Positions 25,701-38,411 are shown, numbered from the whole stretch's first letter. The stretch is DNA of 54,149 bases, filler included, from Sphacelaria rigidula (GCA_964200075.2; 3 parts of 3 records of this genome joined end to end with filler, not necessarily neighbours in it), one strand, 5' to 3'. Notes: generated by a model not told the origin, from the letters alone. Made by a program: numbers and translations.

Positions 25701-26359
25701 GACAGGCTGGCAGTTAGTACAGATGCTGGCGGTGCCGGCGGTGCGGGTGAATGCTCGGTCGGCGCCAATGGCGTTGTGGGTGGCGGTGGTGTAGGTAGCG
25801 CTCCTCCTGGTGTTGGTGTACCCCGCGCTGCTGTCGCTGGTGTGAACAGCGCCACCGGTAACGGCGGTGTGAATGGTAGCAAGGGTGCAGGTGCTTGCGG
25901 TACCGGCGGCGCGGGCGACTGTTCTTCTGACGTCGTTTTCGTCTTGGGCGGCGGTGGCGTAGGCGGCGCTGCTGATCTTGGTGTTTCCTGTGCTGCTGCT
26001 GGCAGTGTGGACGGCGGTGTTCATGACGCCGCCGATAGCAGAGGTTTAGGTGGCGCCGGGTTCTCGCCATCCATTGAATCGTAAACCGGGTTCTGTTCAA
26101 TCGCCCTATATTCGCCACCCCCGCAACGGGGCAATGGAGCCATTCCTATTCCCCGCCTCCCCCCGCCATCAGCGGGGGTTCATGGTGTGGCGATGCTCTG
26201 CCCTCCTTCAGAGTTGGGTAGGGAGAACGACACATTGCGAAAACCGCTGGATGAAGCGCCCACGGCTGAGCTTCACTCCACAGGCTCGCTCTCGACCGAT
26301 CTCCCCTCGACGTTGCCATCCCTCGCTTCGCCGGGCGTCGGGTGCAGAAAGAAGTACTG

Positions 26360-26750
26360 TAGATGAACAGAACTCCTCTGTGGCAAAGCACCGGCGAGTT
26401 GAACCGATAAAGTGGAAAATTGTGTACTATACAAGGAGGAACAGAATATGTCGAGGGGAAAATATGGAGAGAAAATGAAGGTGGCATGAAATCGCTTATA
26501 CATTACTTCGACAGTAGCGAGAAAACGGGCGATATACTGGGAGACAAACGGTGGGTACAGACGGCGAGACAGGAAGAGAATACGATATGCAAAGTGCTTT
26601 TGTGTAAGGTAGGGCAGGAGCATCATGAGCTCCCACACGTAGGAGGTGCCTCTATCAGAAGTAGGAACGGTGCTCCATCGGGAGAAGGATGGGTGGTCAA
26701 CCGTCGAACGACTCAGGCAAGCAACAAACGAGTACGCCCTCCCCTATCGT
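26360..26750 (+). mobile_element. LINE 3' fragment (post-RT zinc knuckle and C-terminus)
   Basis: Degenerate C..GKA...VENCVLYKEE then DSSEKTGDILGDKRW...ICKVLLCKVGQ..VGGASIRSRNGAPS; similar to 36180-36310 on - strand. Confidence 0.6.
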
Positions 26751-26820
26751 AGCATGCCTCCCGGGCATTTCCAGCGGGCGAGACGGCACACGTGGACAGA
26801 TAGCACCCTGTGGGGCACGT

Positions 26821-26993
26821 GTACAGGGTTCAGGGAAACTGTGCAGTGTTTCTCGCGGGGGTTTGGCAGTAGGGTGTTTTATTGCGCCACACAATACGCT
26901 TCACAGGGGTCTCAGGGAAACTGTGCGGTGTTGATCGCGGGGATTTCGCTGTAGGGCATTTTTTTCAGCCACACAGTACGCTTTACAGGGTTT
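26821..26993. repeat. Tandem ~82 bp duplication
   Basis: CAGGGAAACTGTGC.GTGTT..TCGCGGGG.TTT.GC.GTAGGG...GCCACACA.TACGCTT.ACAGGG occurs twice. Confidence 0.7.
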
Positions 26994-27534
26994 CGTCACC
27001 CCGTGTACTGTTCATTGTTGTCAACATGCTGTACAGTGTTATAATGCACATAGAGTATGCTCCACCTTACGGCGCGGGCACGGTACCGGCAAACAAAACG
27101 ATGTAAATGTGACAGTGGTAGGTATTGAACTCATGTTTTTGGGATGGGGAGTTCAACGAACTATACATCGAACCGCCCACGATTCGTTATTTCTCATGTT
27201 TGTGCTTTTAATGCATGTCAAGGAAAAACCTCCATAAACAGAAGCATGACTGATCGAGGGATTTTTTCGCGTTTTTGATCTAAAAAATAGTCTCAATAGT
27301 TTTGGTAGCATTGGACGACTGGGTTCTCATGAGCTATGTGGATAGGTCTGCGAGGTATACACCGACAACCCAGCATCTTCACCACGCCTGCAGCAGGAGC
27401 GTCGCTTCGAAGCACAGGCGTGTGGACATACACGGAAGAGGTGCTCCATTGGTAAAAATAACGAATGAGCAGCCTGTCAAGGCATTTCGATCACAAAGCA
27501 CCGAGGTTGTCTTTGTACTAATGGCCGCGAACGC

Positions 27535-27739
27535 TGTAATGCATGAGAAGCCCGTGTGCTCAGGGGACCGCGCCGTAGTCCAAAACACCCGAGGATCGAC
27601 TTTTTTCGAAACCAATCGGGCCAGTCCCTGCAGGAACTACGCACCTGACCCTATCCCTAACCCTAACCCTAACCCTAATCATAGGGATGTTCAAATTCCG
27701 ACGCGGTCCTCTAAGCACGCGGTCCTCTCACGCATTACA
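27535..27739 (+). mobile_element. ~205 bp TIR mini-element with central (CCCTAA)n
   Basis: Starts TGTAATGCATGAGAAGCCCGTGTGCTCAGGGGACCGC, ends GCGGTCCTCTAAGCACGCGGTCCTCTCACGCATTACA; CCCTAA repeats at ~27649-27677. Confidence 0.75.
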
Positions 27740-27977
27740 CGTGCCATCCATCAGCATTAGCCAACAACGTATAAACGACTCGTCAACGGGGAAAGAACAC
27801 CTTCCCGCGAGTACAATAAGTTGGAAAAACCACACATGATACCGAAAACCAGCACGTTGAGGTTGAATCTTTCGCGGCACATGCTTGCGTACGGATTACA
27901 GGTTGACAACCACGACTGGATGACGGTCCAGCCATAGAGCAACGTGTTCCACCTACCCATCGATTTACGGGACAACT

Positions 27978-28195
27978 TGAAATGCGTGAGAGGATCGCGT
28001 GCTTAGAGGACCGCATCGGAATTTGAACATCCATATGGGTTGGGTTAGGGTTAGTGTTAGGGTTAGGGTTAGGTTAAGGGGCGTGGTGCCTGCAGGGACT
28101 GACCCGATTTGTTTTTAGAACGTCGTCCCTTAGGTGTTTTAAACCACGATGCGGTCCCCTAAGCACGCGATCCTGCGGTCCTCTCACACATTACG
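27978..28195 (-). mobile_element. Second, inverted copy of the telomere-repeat mini-element
   Basis: Reverse complement of 27535-27739, with TTAGGG repeats at ~28037-28080. Confidence 0.75.
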
Positions 28196-29659
28196 CAGCC
28201 GACCGGAACGAGTGATTGACTGTCGGTATCGTCAGGAGAAACGTATTTGGGGTACACACAACCACCGACAATGAATCCGAGACGAATAGCCCAACACGTT
28301 CCTGAACCACATATAAGCACTGAGAGGGAGGAGGCACACGCGGTCCGCTTCGTCGGTGGTTGCCCATTCGGACGAAAACCGAGAGGATGCGCACGCACAC
28401 AAACGAAAAGGTGAACTCCAGCCGGGCACACCACCATGTCATTTCGTCACCAACAAATCCTTAAAAAAAGAGACACCACCAAACCAATTTCGAGGGCGGT
28501 TGATCGTATGTACAAACCGATGCAATTGATCAGAACATAGCCCATGGCGGACTGGTTGTAGGCTGTACCAAATGTATGTCGAAACAGTAAAACTGGAGAG
28601 AAATCGTTTCCCAAAAAATAATATTTCCTACGAGCATGATGTGTTACGGATGGGTTTGTTGGAAAGCAGGCGTCCATTGTGACGGGTATAAACCGTTCAA
28701 GCAAGGAAATTTGAGTTCTGAACAAGACAAGATAAACTAAGTACCCCTGAGTACTATTTTACATGTTTCAGTTCGAGCGATGTTCCCAAAGTACCCCCAC
28801 AGTTGTCATAAATCATATCTGAAAGGAGTGTGCCGGCACTCTCGCTAGGGAGTTCAGACCCCGTTTGGGACCTAAACGAGATATTATTTCGAAAAAACAT
28901 ACAATTGATCCTGAGCATACACTGCACTGCATCTTTAGGAGGGTTTTGCAGGCAGTAGGCTCGCCAACCCGGTAACGGGAGCTGCTACTACTGTGTGCCA
29001 GAATAGATGGAGCCGAGTCTCTCCTGCACACCTCCTCCTACGAAATGCTGAGCACTACTGCAAGTAAGTGATAAGGCACATCTTCTGCATATATATACAA
29101 ATTTGTTGTGCAAAGGTACGAAAATGACGGCGGGGCTGTATGTGCTGGATTTTTTGCTACCTCATCTGCTAATGTGCTACGGGTTGTCAAAAACAAAAAC
29201 AACGGGTAGCAACCACGCTGCCCGATGCAGCGACGCAGCCCACCCCAACACCAGTTCCCAACTCTGCCTGGAAGGAAGTGACCATACAAGGCGTGATAGC
29301 TGGTTCAGAATGCATGAAGCACCTCGCACGGGCGCTACTGGCGAAACAACCCCAAGCGTAGGAGGTTCCACAATCTCGTTGTGCGTGTGTCCAGTTTTGT
29401 TTTTGTTTGTTCCACCCGACTGACTGTACTTTTTCCCGGGGCTACTAGGAGCTTAGTAGACGTTACAGAAGTGAGGTAGCTCACGCTCTTGTCTGCACAG
29501 CAGGCGAGTACCTCGCTGCTACATTTTGCCTGCTCTTCACTTCGAAAATATACATGCACGCAAACGACCAGCACTGTACTTGCGTCGGCGGCAGTTGCGC
29601 GACGGGGACGACGCCTTGTTACGTGTGTCCTGTAGCGCTTAGAGGCACGTCCTGTTCAA

Positions 29660-32600
29660 CGAATGCTGCACCATGACGGTGGTTTTTCTGTTGAACTGCT
29701 CATCATGCTTGGGCTACCGTATAGAAACTTCTGGGTTAGGGTTACATGGCCGAAACTGCTTCCGTATCCCAAGCCTATTGGACGAAACAAATTAAATTTC
29801 GATGACGACTTCAACCTCATCCAAATGTTGAACCTCAAAAACGGATCCAGGCTGCTCCTAGTAGACTGAGTCGTGAAAAAAAAAGAATAAAAGTCAAGAG
29901 AAGAAAAGCATAGAAAGGACTAATTGCCGATCTCAACCAAAAAAAGAAGGAAAAAAGAAGGAAAAGGCCCAAGGGATTCAGGGCAGCAGAGTAGATACAG
30001 ACACACACCAGTGGGCTCCGCAGAGCCACCGACTAAGGGCATAATCAACAACCGCTGTGAGCAGACAGGATTATTCGATTGATCATAAAAGGGATTTGCG
30101 CTCTGGCGTGTCTTCTGCGCTGGAGTGTGTCCTGCAGCCCAGGACTGCTGCTGCATGTTGTGTACTCTATTGTAGTAGCTGCGTGCTGTATGTAGCATCC
30201 GCAGCCGGTAACGACTTATAAAGCCGGTAACAATAAATAATGATTTGAAACCAGTATCCATATTTTTCATATAACCATTACCATGATTACCATTATAATA
30301 ATAATGACCAGTGATGACTGGTACCATTTCCGAGCTCTTGGCAATACAGTATAGAACGGTGCAGTAAGTGCAGTACAACAAGTATGGTACCGTAAATACA
30401 GCAAATTCTCGTGTAGACGTTTTGTTTCTTGCCTTCCTCTGCTAAAAAGAGATCCATCCATGGCGAAAAAAAAACGGTTTCGCCGAATTTCGAAACTAGT
30501 TCACTTTTTCTGCATACAGCTTGTACATGGGAGCTCTGGAGCGCCTGGTATACTACTCTTATTCAACCAGTACGCAGCAGTGTAGTACAACCCCGTTTTC
30601 AGAATAGTACAGCTCACCCGAGTGCAGCATAGAACATGGCTGGTCTAGTGAAGTGGGGTTCACTGTAGAGCAGTATACAGTCTGCGAAGTGTTGTGCATG
30701 GTGTGGTAGGGCCTCGACTGTCAGATGAAACCACCATGTGTACAGTGCTACCGTAGTGCGTATATCGCGGTCGTGTCAAATACTGCAGGATCCACCACAT
30801 GCCTACTGCGTTCTCCGGGCATGTGTCACTCTGTGGATGGTATACTCCACGAGGTAAGGTACAAATTGCTACTGGTGCCGTAGTCTTTCGCAACCACCAA
30901 TCGTTGGGCACCTGCTCCTGGGTTCAATCAATACTCTATGTGGAGAGGAATTAATGGAGTTGGCGCGGACGTAGATTTTGAATTGTGAATTTAGAAGGTC
31001 GTACAGGAGCACAGTTGCATGCCGGGATTACCAGACATGACGGCACGGGAAACGAAGGTCTGTTGTAGTTGGGCAATATCGCAAAATGGAAGGAACAGCA
31101 CAATGAAGGACACATTGGATCAAAAGTAGTGACCTTCAACCCCCCATATACCCACCCACCCCTCCGGCTTCTCCGATAACCGCGGGTGTGGTATATCCTC
31201 AAGGCTCGCAGTTGGAATGCAGGCACTGGGGTGCTCCTAAGACGCCGCCCGAGGCAGCCCGCACGCGAGATACGGCACCGTTATCGATCCCGATGTAACC
31301 GCGCTATAGCACTCCTGCTGCAGTGACCGGGCGAAGTAGAACAGATGCAGGTTCCACGCATCTGGCACCAGTCCTCTCGTTTCCGGTGAACAAGGGTGTT
31401 TTTGAAGGAAATTGAAAATACCTAGACCTGCTTGTATCATGGGCCGACATGAACACTCCAGTCTCACGCTCGCAAAACTTTCAACACCACAAGATTGACG
31501 CTCTGTGCCCATATACCCTTGCGCCTCCGCCTCCGGACAGGTGGCGACGTGCGTGCGCCACTCCGGCCGCGATCCCGTCCGGAACATGCCACATACGCTG
31601 TTGAAAGCACACCTCGACCGATATATTCCGAACGTGGGGTGTCGGCGGATAATCTGAGGGAGATCGTCGGGGGCCATATTGACAAAGGGGGTGCTGCGCG
31701 AAAGGAGATAAGCCCCCCATCGTATGCTAAAGACTCGGCGACTGCATTGTTCAGTGCCTCGGAGGCATCAATGGCTTCAGCTGATGACGCAGGTGTGGAA
31801 AACCGTGGCTGCGCAGGGGGGCGCAGCTACCGTCGCAGTGCAGAGCGTAGCAACCTTAAACGTTTCCGGGCGGGGAAGGCGCTATTGGTGAACTTGCGGC
31901 AACTTGCGCGTCGGAAAGCTACACACGGAGGATGTCGCCATCAAATACGTCGTCAGTACCTATTCAAGAGGTGGGTAACACTGCGCGTGAAGGTGTCACC
32001 TTTTGCGGCGATAGACTTGTGAGGATGGGGGGGTTCAACTCCCGATGCATATGGTGCAGATGCCGGAATCGGACTTAAAGTTCGTTGAACGATTGCTTTC
32101 GGTGTCGTTGGGCGACAACAGAAATTGGGCAAGGGCGGGGCTGGACGAGCGGCAGGAGATGGCGAACAGGTTTTTCGAACAAGTTACAAACAAGAAGACT
32201 CCTACTGCGTTGGATAAACTCGTGCCTATCGCAGAATATCGGGATGTCTCGGAAGCGGCAGAGAGGGAGCACCTGTTCTTCGGGGAGGGCGCCGGGCGGA
32301 ACCCTGCAAGAGAGTTGGTCCTGAAGCGCTACCTTCATATGACAAAGGCGTACCAGAGCCTGCACGGTACTCCGGCCTTCGCGCCGGCCGGCGAGGAGCT
32401 GCTGCATGCGCTCAACGGGCGAGTGGTTAGCGGTCCACAGTTGGTGGCCGTTTTGTCGTGCTCTGACATATCCCGGGGAACGTTGGATGACAATATCGCG
32501 TGTTACGTGTGGGGCGGCAAAACAAGGAAGGGGGCAACAAAGCAGAACGTGTGCACGATCCCGCCGAAGAACGTGAAGATCACGCCGAAGAAGGGTCAAG

Positions 32601-35507
32601 GCCGGGACTCGGTGTAGAAATAAAACACGAACAACAATACCATGTATACCCAGAAGCCCCTGATCGCTTTACGTGCGATCGTGGGGGTGCCCAATATTTC
32701 CCAGGAGAAAAAGAGATGGTACTTCTGAAGCTCGGGGCGTCTGTCCCGCTCAGCATTCTTAATTCCAGCGAAGGTGAGATAGATCGCTACCACTGACTGG
32801 TAGTGGTGTCAAAGGAATACGAACACCCACACGACGCTTCCTTAGCAGTTAGCGAGTTACAGCCCGTGTATGTCTAACCTTGGTTCAATATGATAAAGTT
32901 GGTACCCCCAACCCAAACTAGTTGCCAGATATTTATAGTGGGGATTCTGAGCGGACAGACTGATTAAAAAACAAATCCTTCACCCGCGTTCATTTTTTGT
33001 AATACTGGCTGCTCAGCTTTAGGACTCGCCAACAAACGTCTCGTAACACAGTGTACAGAATATGCCTGTCCCGATGCCGAACAGCTAGATCCGCACTACG
33101 TAGCACAAGGTTGTGCGGTTGTCTACGCCGTGGAAGAGCATCGAGAATCTCCTCAGGCCGTCACAGAAGGCGGGTATCCAGCGGTCGAAACTCACCATGT
33201 GGCAAAAGTGCACACTGAATGGACCGACGCTGGGATCGAGCTATTGGTGTTAGCATACGACGGCCCCGACGACGTGGGAAGTCAAGGCGCACGAGCAGCG
33301 AGGGCGGATAAATAAAGTTCAAAAGGGCGTCAGGAAGTTCCATCCGACGTCAACCGCCCCTCTTTCCAGGGGGTCAGGCCTTCAAAGCTTACTTCGGGAA
33401 AACAACAAACACGTACGGAACTACCTTGCCAGCGATACTTTCGAGCGAGTACTAGTCTAGAACCATGACGGGCCCTTGACGGTAACGTATGGAAGCAGAA
33501 TACCGCCAACCCTAAGTGGTTACACACCGACACATATGGCAGAAGAAGCCCCGGAAGCAGACAACGGAGGGGGCAACACAGCTGCGGCGGTTTTGGTAGA
33601 CGAAGAGGGGTGTGACGGTGTGGATAATCGCGGGTGGAATGATGCGAGTCGGCCATGGAATGCGGAAGGGGTGATTACCAAGCTACCGGGGGGGGATGGC
33701 GGCGACGAAGGCGGAGTTAGCGGTGTCAGACGCGGGTGCTTCCGGCGACGGGCTGGTGGAGGCGGACTGCGCGTCGTCTTCAGCGGTGCCGGCAGGGGTT
33801 ATCGGCGGTAGAGCTATGACAGGGGCGCTCATGCGGACATATCTTGAGACATTGTCTGGTGGGGGAACACGCCCAGGGGCGATCGCGGCGATGAGGGAGC
33901 CACACGTGGTGATGATCGAGCTCTCGGAGGGGGCGGTGGCGACGGCGACGGAAGTAGTGGTGTCAGGCGCGAGTGTTTACGGCGGCGGGTTGGCGGTGCC
34001 GGTCTGTGGGTCGAATCCAGCGGTGGCGCAAGGCGGGCGGGGGCATGGAGTACCGGCGATGCCGCCCGTATCGGGAGATGCAGCGGACACTACGGCGGGC
34101 GGGATTATCGGCGGTAGTGCTGTCGCAGACGCGCGCCCACGGACGCATCTCGAGGCAATGACTGGTGGGGGAGGACGCGATAGGGCGGCCGCGGCGATGA
34201 GGGCGCCACGAGTGCGTGTTGGCGCCAGTGCGGAGGTTAGGGCGATTCCACCGTCGTATCATGCAGCATTTTCAGGTGGCGGGGAGCGGGGAAGAGCGGC
34301 GGCAAAAGCACGTCTGCCAGGTGCGATGCCCCCCTCACCGACCTACTCATGACTCGCAACGTCACCTGCTGTGGCAGCGCCATGGCAGTGGGCCTGACCG
34401 AGGTATCCACAGCGCAGTCGGGCCGGCATAGGGGAGGGAGAGATGTTCGCAGTCCACATTACCATCCAATCCGAGAGATTGTTCGAGAAGCAATTGACGA
34501 AGTGGCTCATACCTACCGTCGAAACTGATCATATCATGATTGTTCTCCAGGCTATGTCCACCGGATGGATACCGCCGCAGGGAGCCGAACGCAGTGCAAG
34601 TAAATGTTAAACGCATCGTGAGCGGCGCCCCCCGGCATACACTGGTGAGTAGGGTGTACAGGGCGATCGTGGATCTAAGAGACGGCAGCGAAAGTGCTTG
34701 GCCGTCCGACGGGTGGTATGCTTGGCCGACGCCACCTGTGAAGGTGGCCCTGTTTGTTTTTGTCTACCTGTTAGCTGGCTGTGACTTCCTGCCGCGCGTA
34801 TCCGGGATGCCCCTTCCGACGATGTGGGAGTTCGTTCTGAAGGCGGTGCGATCTCCGAACCTCTTCACAAAACCGATAGGGGAGATTAACGGCAAAACCC
34901 CGCAGGGGAATATCGATGACGGCGTATAGCTGCTCGCCACGGTATCTTTTTCAAGTGCGAAAACACCTTTGAGCAGGTCGCCACAGCCCCGGGTCTTCTC
35001 TTCACCACGTGTGGGCGGGACTTAAAGTCAATCGTGAAGAAGATACGCCTCTGTATCACCACAGTACATGGGTACATGTCTCCTCTTTGCTGCCAAGATT
35101 TGGATGCCTGTAGGACGCACGTGCAAAAGTCTGATGTAGTGTTCGAAAACTGGCGGGGGGGCTTCGGGGTCGAGATGTTCGCAGTGAACTCCAACGGACG
35201 GGGATGGGGTGTGGAGCCGGAAAAGAAAACTCACCACAAGGGTGGGGTGAAGGCGGCGAGCAGAGGGGAGATGAAGCTGACACGGGACAACATAGTTGTG
35301 TATCTGTCAAGGTACACGTACGTTGATACATCTGGCAACGTAGAAACTCTCAGATTTATATGCAAACCGGAAAAGGCGGGGAACAGAAGTCACCGATGGA
35401 AAAAATGCAAGTTTTTGGGGAAGTGCACCCTGAGCTGCGGTTGCCAGGGCCGCTACTTCTTGCCCCCAATTCCTTCCCCCACCGACTGGCACGACTCCCA
35501 CAGCTGA
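29660..35507 (+). mobile_element. Decayed AcademX-like DNA transposon coding region (transposase-like, PIN/XPG-type 5'-nuclease, Cys-rich finger)
   Basis: Ordered frameshifted motifs: LHHDGGFSVELLIMLG (29666), VVTFNPPY (~31126), FKRWVTLRVKVSPFAAID (~31963), LLVLAYDGP..GARAAR (~33240), GIGEGEMF..TVETDHIM (34425-34540), YLLAGCDFLPRVSG (~34765), LDACRTHVQKSDVVFENW..GRGW, KKCKFLGKCTLSCGCQGR (~35400). Termini not identified. Confidence 0.65.
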
Positions 35508-36068
35508 TCTCGCTGGAGAAAATATAGAAGGGCGGATTCACGGCGAACCACCGCTGGGATAAATGCACTGCGTGCCGTGGAAGGGGCGAGGTGAATGAAG
35601 CAACGACGGTTTCGGGAACCGCGGTGAATAGGAGTTCTGGTAGGGAGTCATGTCGGCGCCACGGCGGGAAGTTGGGGGAGGAGAGATCGGTCGCGGGAGC
35701 AGCTACAGCCGGTCGCAATTTTTCCGATAGCGGGCCAGACGAACCGACAGAGGGCGGGTGTAAGCTTTCAGCCGGGATCTATCTGGATTGGAGATCTAGA
35801 CTAAGTTTGCAACAGGTTTGAGAAGGAGGACTCGGCATCGGAAGCGGGTTACGGCCATGATGATGATTTCGCGTTTGGATTAAATCGGTTGGGTAATTTC
35901 GAGGCATGTTTTCTGTAGATGCATTGTACGCCTACACCTGTAGTAGCGGATACTCTGTTGGGTGATTTGGAGGCATGCTTTCTGTGGATACGTTGCACGT
36001 ATATATTTGTAATAGTAGGGGTTGTCGTCTCCATTAGAGTCATCCTACGATAGGGGGGGGGGTATTTT

Positions 36069-36168
36069 NNNNNNNNNNNNNNNNNNNNNNNNNNNNNNNN
36101 NNNNNNNNNNNNTTAATTAATTAANNNNNNNNNNNNNNNNNNNNNNNNNNNNNNNNNNNNNNNNNNNN
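36069..36168. other. Artificial contig spacer N44-TTAATTAATTAA-N44
   Basis: Identical to the spacer at 17985-18084. Confidence 0.98.
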
Positions 36169-36179
36169 TTCTTGCGCTC

Positions 36180-36400
36180 ATGCCTTTCTTTCCGCACCTC
36201 ATTACGTTTCTTCCATACATTACACAAGAACCTCTTACATATCTTATCCCCGTCGTGTTTCACCGTCTCTGGCCACCATCCTATCGTAGAAAGCGTCGCT
36301 AGTGAATATGAAGATATCATTTGTGCTCTATACGTACCTTGGCCTGTAGCGCGGACGCGCCGCTCTCGGTACGCGCCACCTCCAACGACGCTGGGTTGCG
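36180..36400 (-). mobile_element. LINE 3' fragment
   Basis: TIGWWPETVKHDGDKICKRFLCNVWKKRNE aligns with ILGDKRWVQTARQEENTICKVLLCKVGQEHHE at ~26530-26630. Confidence 0.55.
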
Positions 36401-37085
36401 CATGTCGCCCATATTGTTTGCGTTTGCCGTCACCTGATTCGAACCAAATAGACAAACACATAGACGTCATCGAAAAATAAAAAATAAGACGAAAGCATTG
36501 CACAACCACGCAGCTTCTTGAGTTCAACGAACGTGGTTGGAATCTCGCGTATGCAGTCTACTATGTCGTCCTGTTCGATTTTTGTTTTTCTGTTCTTTCT
36601 TTTCTCGAGCGAGTCTTTCAGTGTTTCTTTACTTGGGTACGTCTATCATGCGACCACGGTGGACCCATGGGTGGTCAGTGAAAGTGCGACAATCAATCAA
36701 TCAATCAATATTACGGTCACCGAGCGAGCGACAGATAATGACTGGCTACCGTTACAGTAGATGGCCCAGCGTTCGGTACAGTTCGTGCGGAAGTCGTTAA
36801 ACCGCCGCAAGGTGCATTGCTTCCGGTATTAATCCAGTTTTCTCCCTGCCAGAGCGATACTTGCAGGTTCAAGTTCACAATGTTGATGACTCGAGAGTGC
36901 GCTCGGTCTCCAGCCGTCAGTATGAAGGACGCTACGATGTTGTGATCGATAATGACTACAGTAGAGAGAAGTACATTTATCTCGCGGTATTGTGCGTGAT
37001 ACAAGTATTATTAGAAACGACTTATACCCCTGCTTGTTCCCTAGATCACTTCCAAGTGTATTCCCAAACTTGATCGTAGCATCAC

Positions 37086-37991
37086 CGTCTGCAACTGTCG
37101 CGTTTCTTCGTGAAGCCTTCGCAAGGCCTCCTTTTCCCCCCAAGAACTCGAGGGGCCGTAGACCACACTGAGCAATCGGTCCTTCCCGTGGTTCGGCCGC
37201 CAATTCCTGGCCCTCTCCCTGCGAAAGGTTCGGAGAAATTTCTGACCGAGACAAGCCAACCGAGATCGCTGTCCCTCGTCGAATGCTTCCTTCGCGTCGT
37301 TCAGTGTTGGCGCGCGAGGAGGATGGCATGATCAGGCGGTGTTTCGCAATTAAGCAGGTGCCACGTGGAGATATAACAACACACCAGCACTAAGTTGCAA
37401 ACTGTGACTGACCACTGACATAATTTAAACTGTGACAACCGTGAACAATCGAGATTTACCAGATAGCGTTCTGTTTGGTTCGTCTGATACTGCAGGGCAT
37501 CTCTTGGCTCGTCAACGGTCTTGCTCACTCATTCCTCGACGAATTTTGCTTGTGTCTTCGTATTGGTACCGTCATTTTGGCAAAACGACAAGGTTACGAT
37601 GCAGCACTAGGGTTCTTGTTTTTTCCAGGCCGTACCGTGGTGTTGAAAACATAAAAATGCGTGCCTCCCAGCCCCCCCCCCCCTCCCATGCCCCAACCCT
37701 CCGACTAACGTCTCGTACGATAGTAGCCCACCTGCGCGTTCACGACTGTGCTCTCGGTGGTTTTTCTCATTTCCAGTATGGCGTTTGTCGCCACAACAAG
37801 CCTAGCGGTTTCGCTCCTGGCCACGCGACAAAATCCCCGCACAGATAGCAGACGACGTATTTTTCTTTGACGCAAGAGAGCAAGCAACAGGACCTCCTTG
37901 AATTTCGTACGCTGTTGAATGTACTTCAAGTGACGCAAAGATGTGAGACCCACGAGCGAAAGCGCTTCCGCTTCACAGTCTAGGTATGAAG
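37086..37991 (-). CDS. Putative spliced gene of unknown function (helical/charged), exons 37732-37991, 37460-37555, 37086-37289
   Basis: Three phase-compatible GT-AG exons (YLDCEAEALSLVGLTSLRHLKYIQQRTKFKEVLLLALLRQRKIRR...; ...YQTNQTERYL; EAFDEGQRSRLACLGQKFLRTFRRER...); the middle exon has an in-frame TGA unless an inner acceptor is used. Confidence 0.4.
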
Positions 37992-38411
37992 CTGGTGGGG
38001 GAGCAGTTACTAGGTTCTGAATCCCGCCCGAGGATTACGTATTCTTGGAGTACATCTACTGCACGTGTTGCCTTGTTTTCTTGTACCAAACAAATCACAA
38101 GTGAGCAAAACGTAGTTCGAAATTTTGGTAGTATCATAATTGCATGTCGGTCCATCTGCGAGCGCTGTCGCTGTTGTCGGTTGTACGTGCCATAGCGCAT
38201 ATATTGTGTTTGACTGCTGAAAGAAGTCCAGAGTCGCATCCGTTTCTTTGGTGGCAAACGTTAAGCAAAATGGCGAGAACTATTATACCCGCCACATTGA
38301 CAATAAAGTCAAACAACGCAGAAAGGGGAGAATTATTTTTAGTCGGTCTGGGGTCAATCTACCCTACCCGCACAGAAGCCTTGCGTTATCTTGCAACCTC
38401 TTTGTAGGAAG

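Noticed and set aside
26273-26700. BED-finger-like TSYVWELM on the - strand
   Set aside because: The + strand is better explained as a LINE C-terminal fragment matching 36180-36310
34425-34930. Host XRN1/FEN1 gene or endogenous phaeovirus
   Set aside because: Frameshifted, followed by an Academ-type Cys tail, and no viral core genes nearby; kept only as an alternative hypothesis
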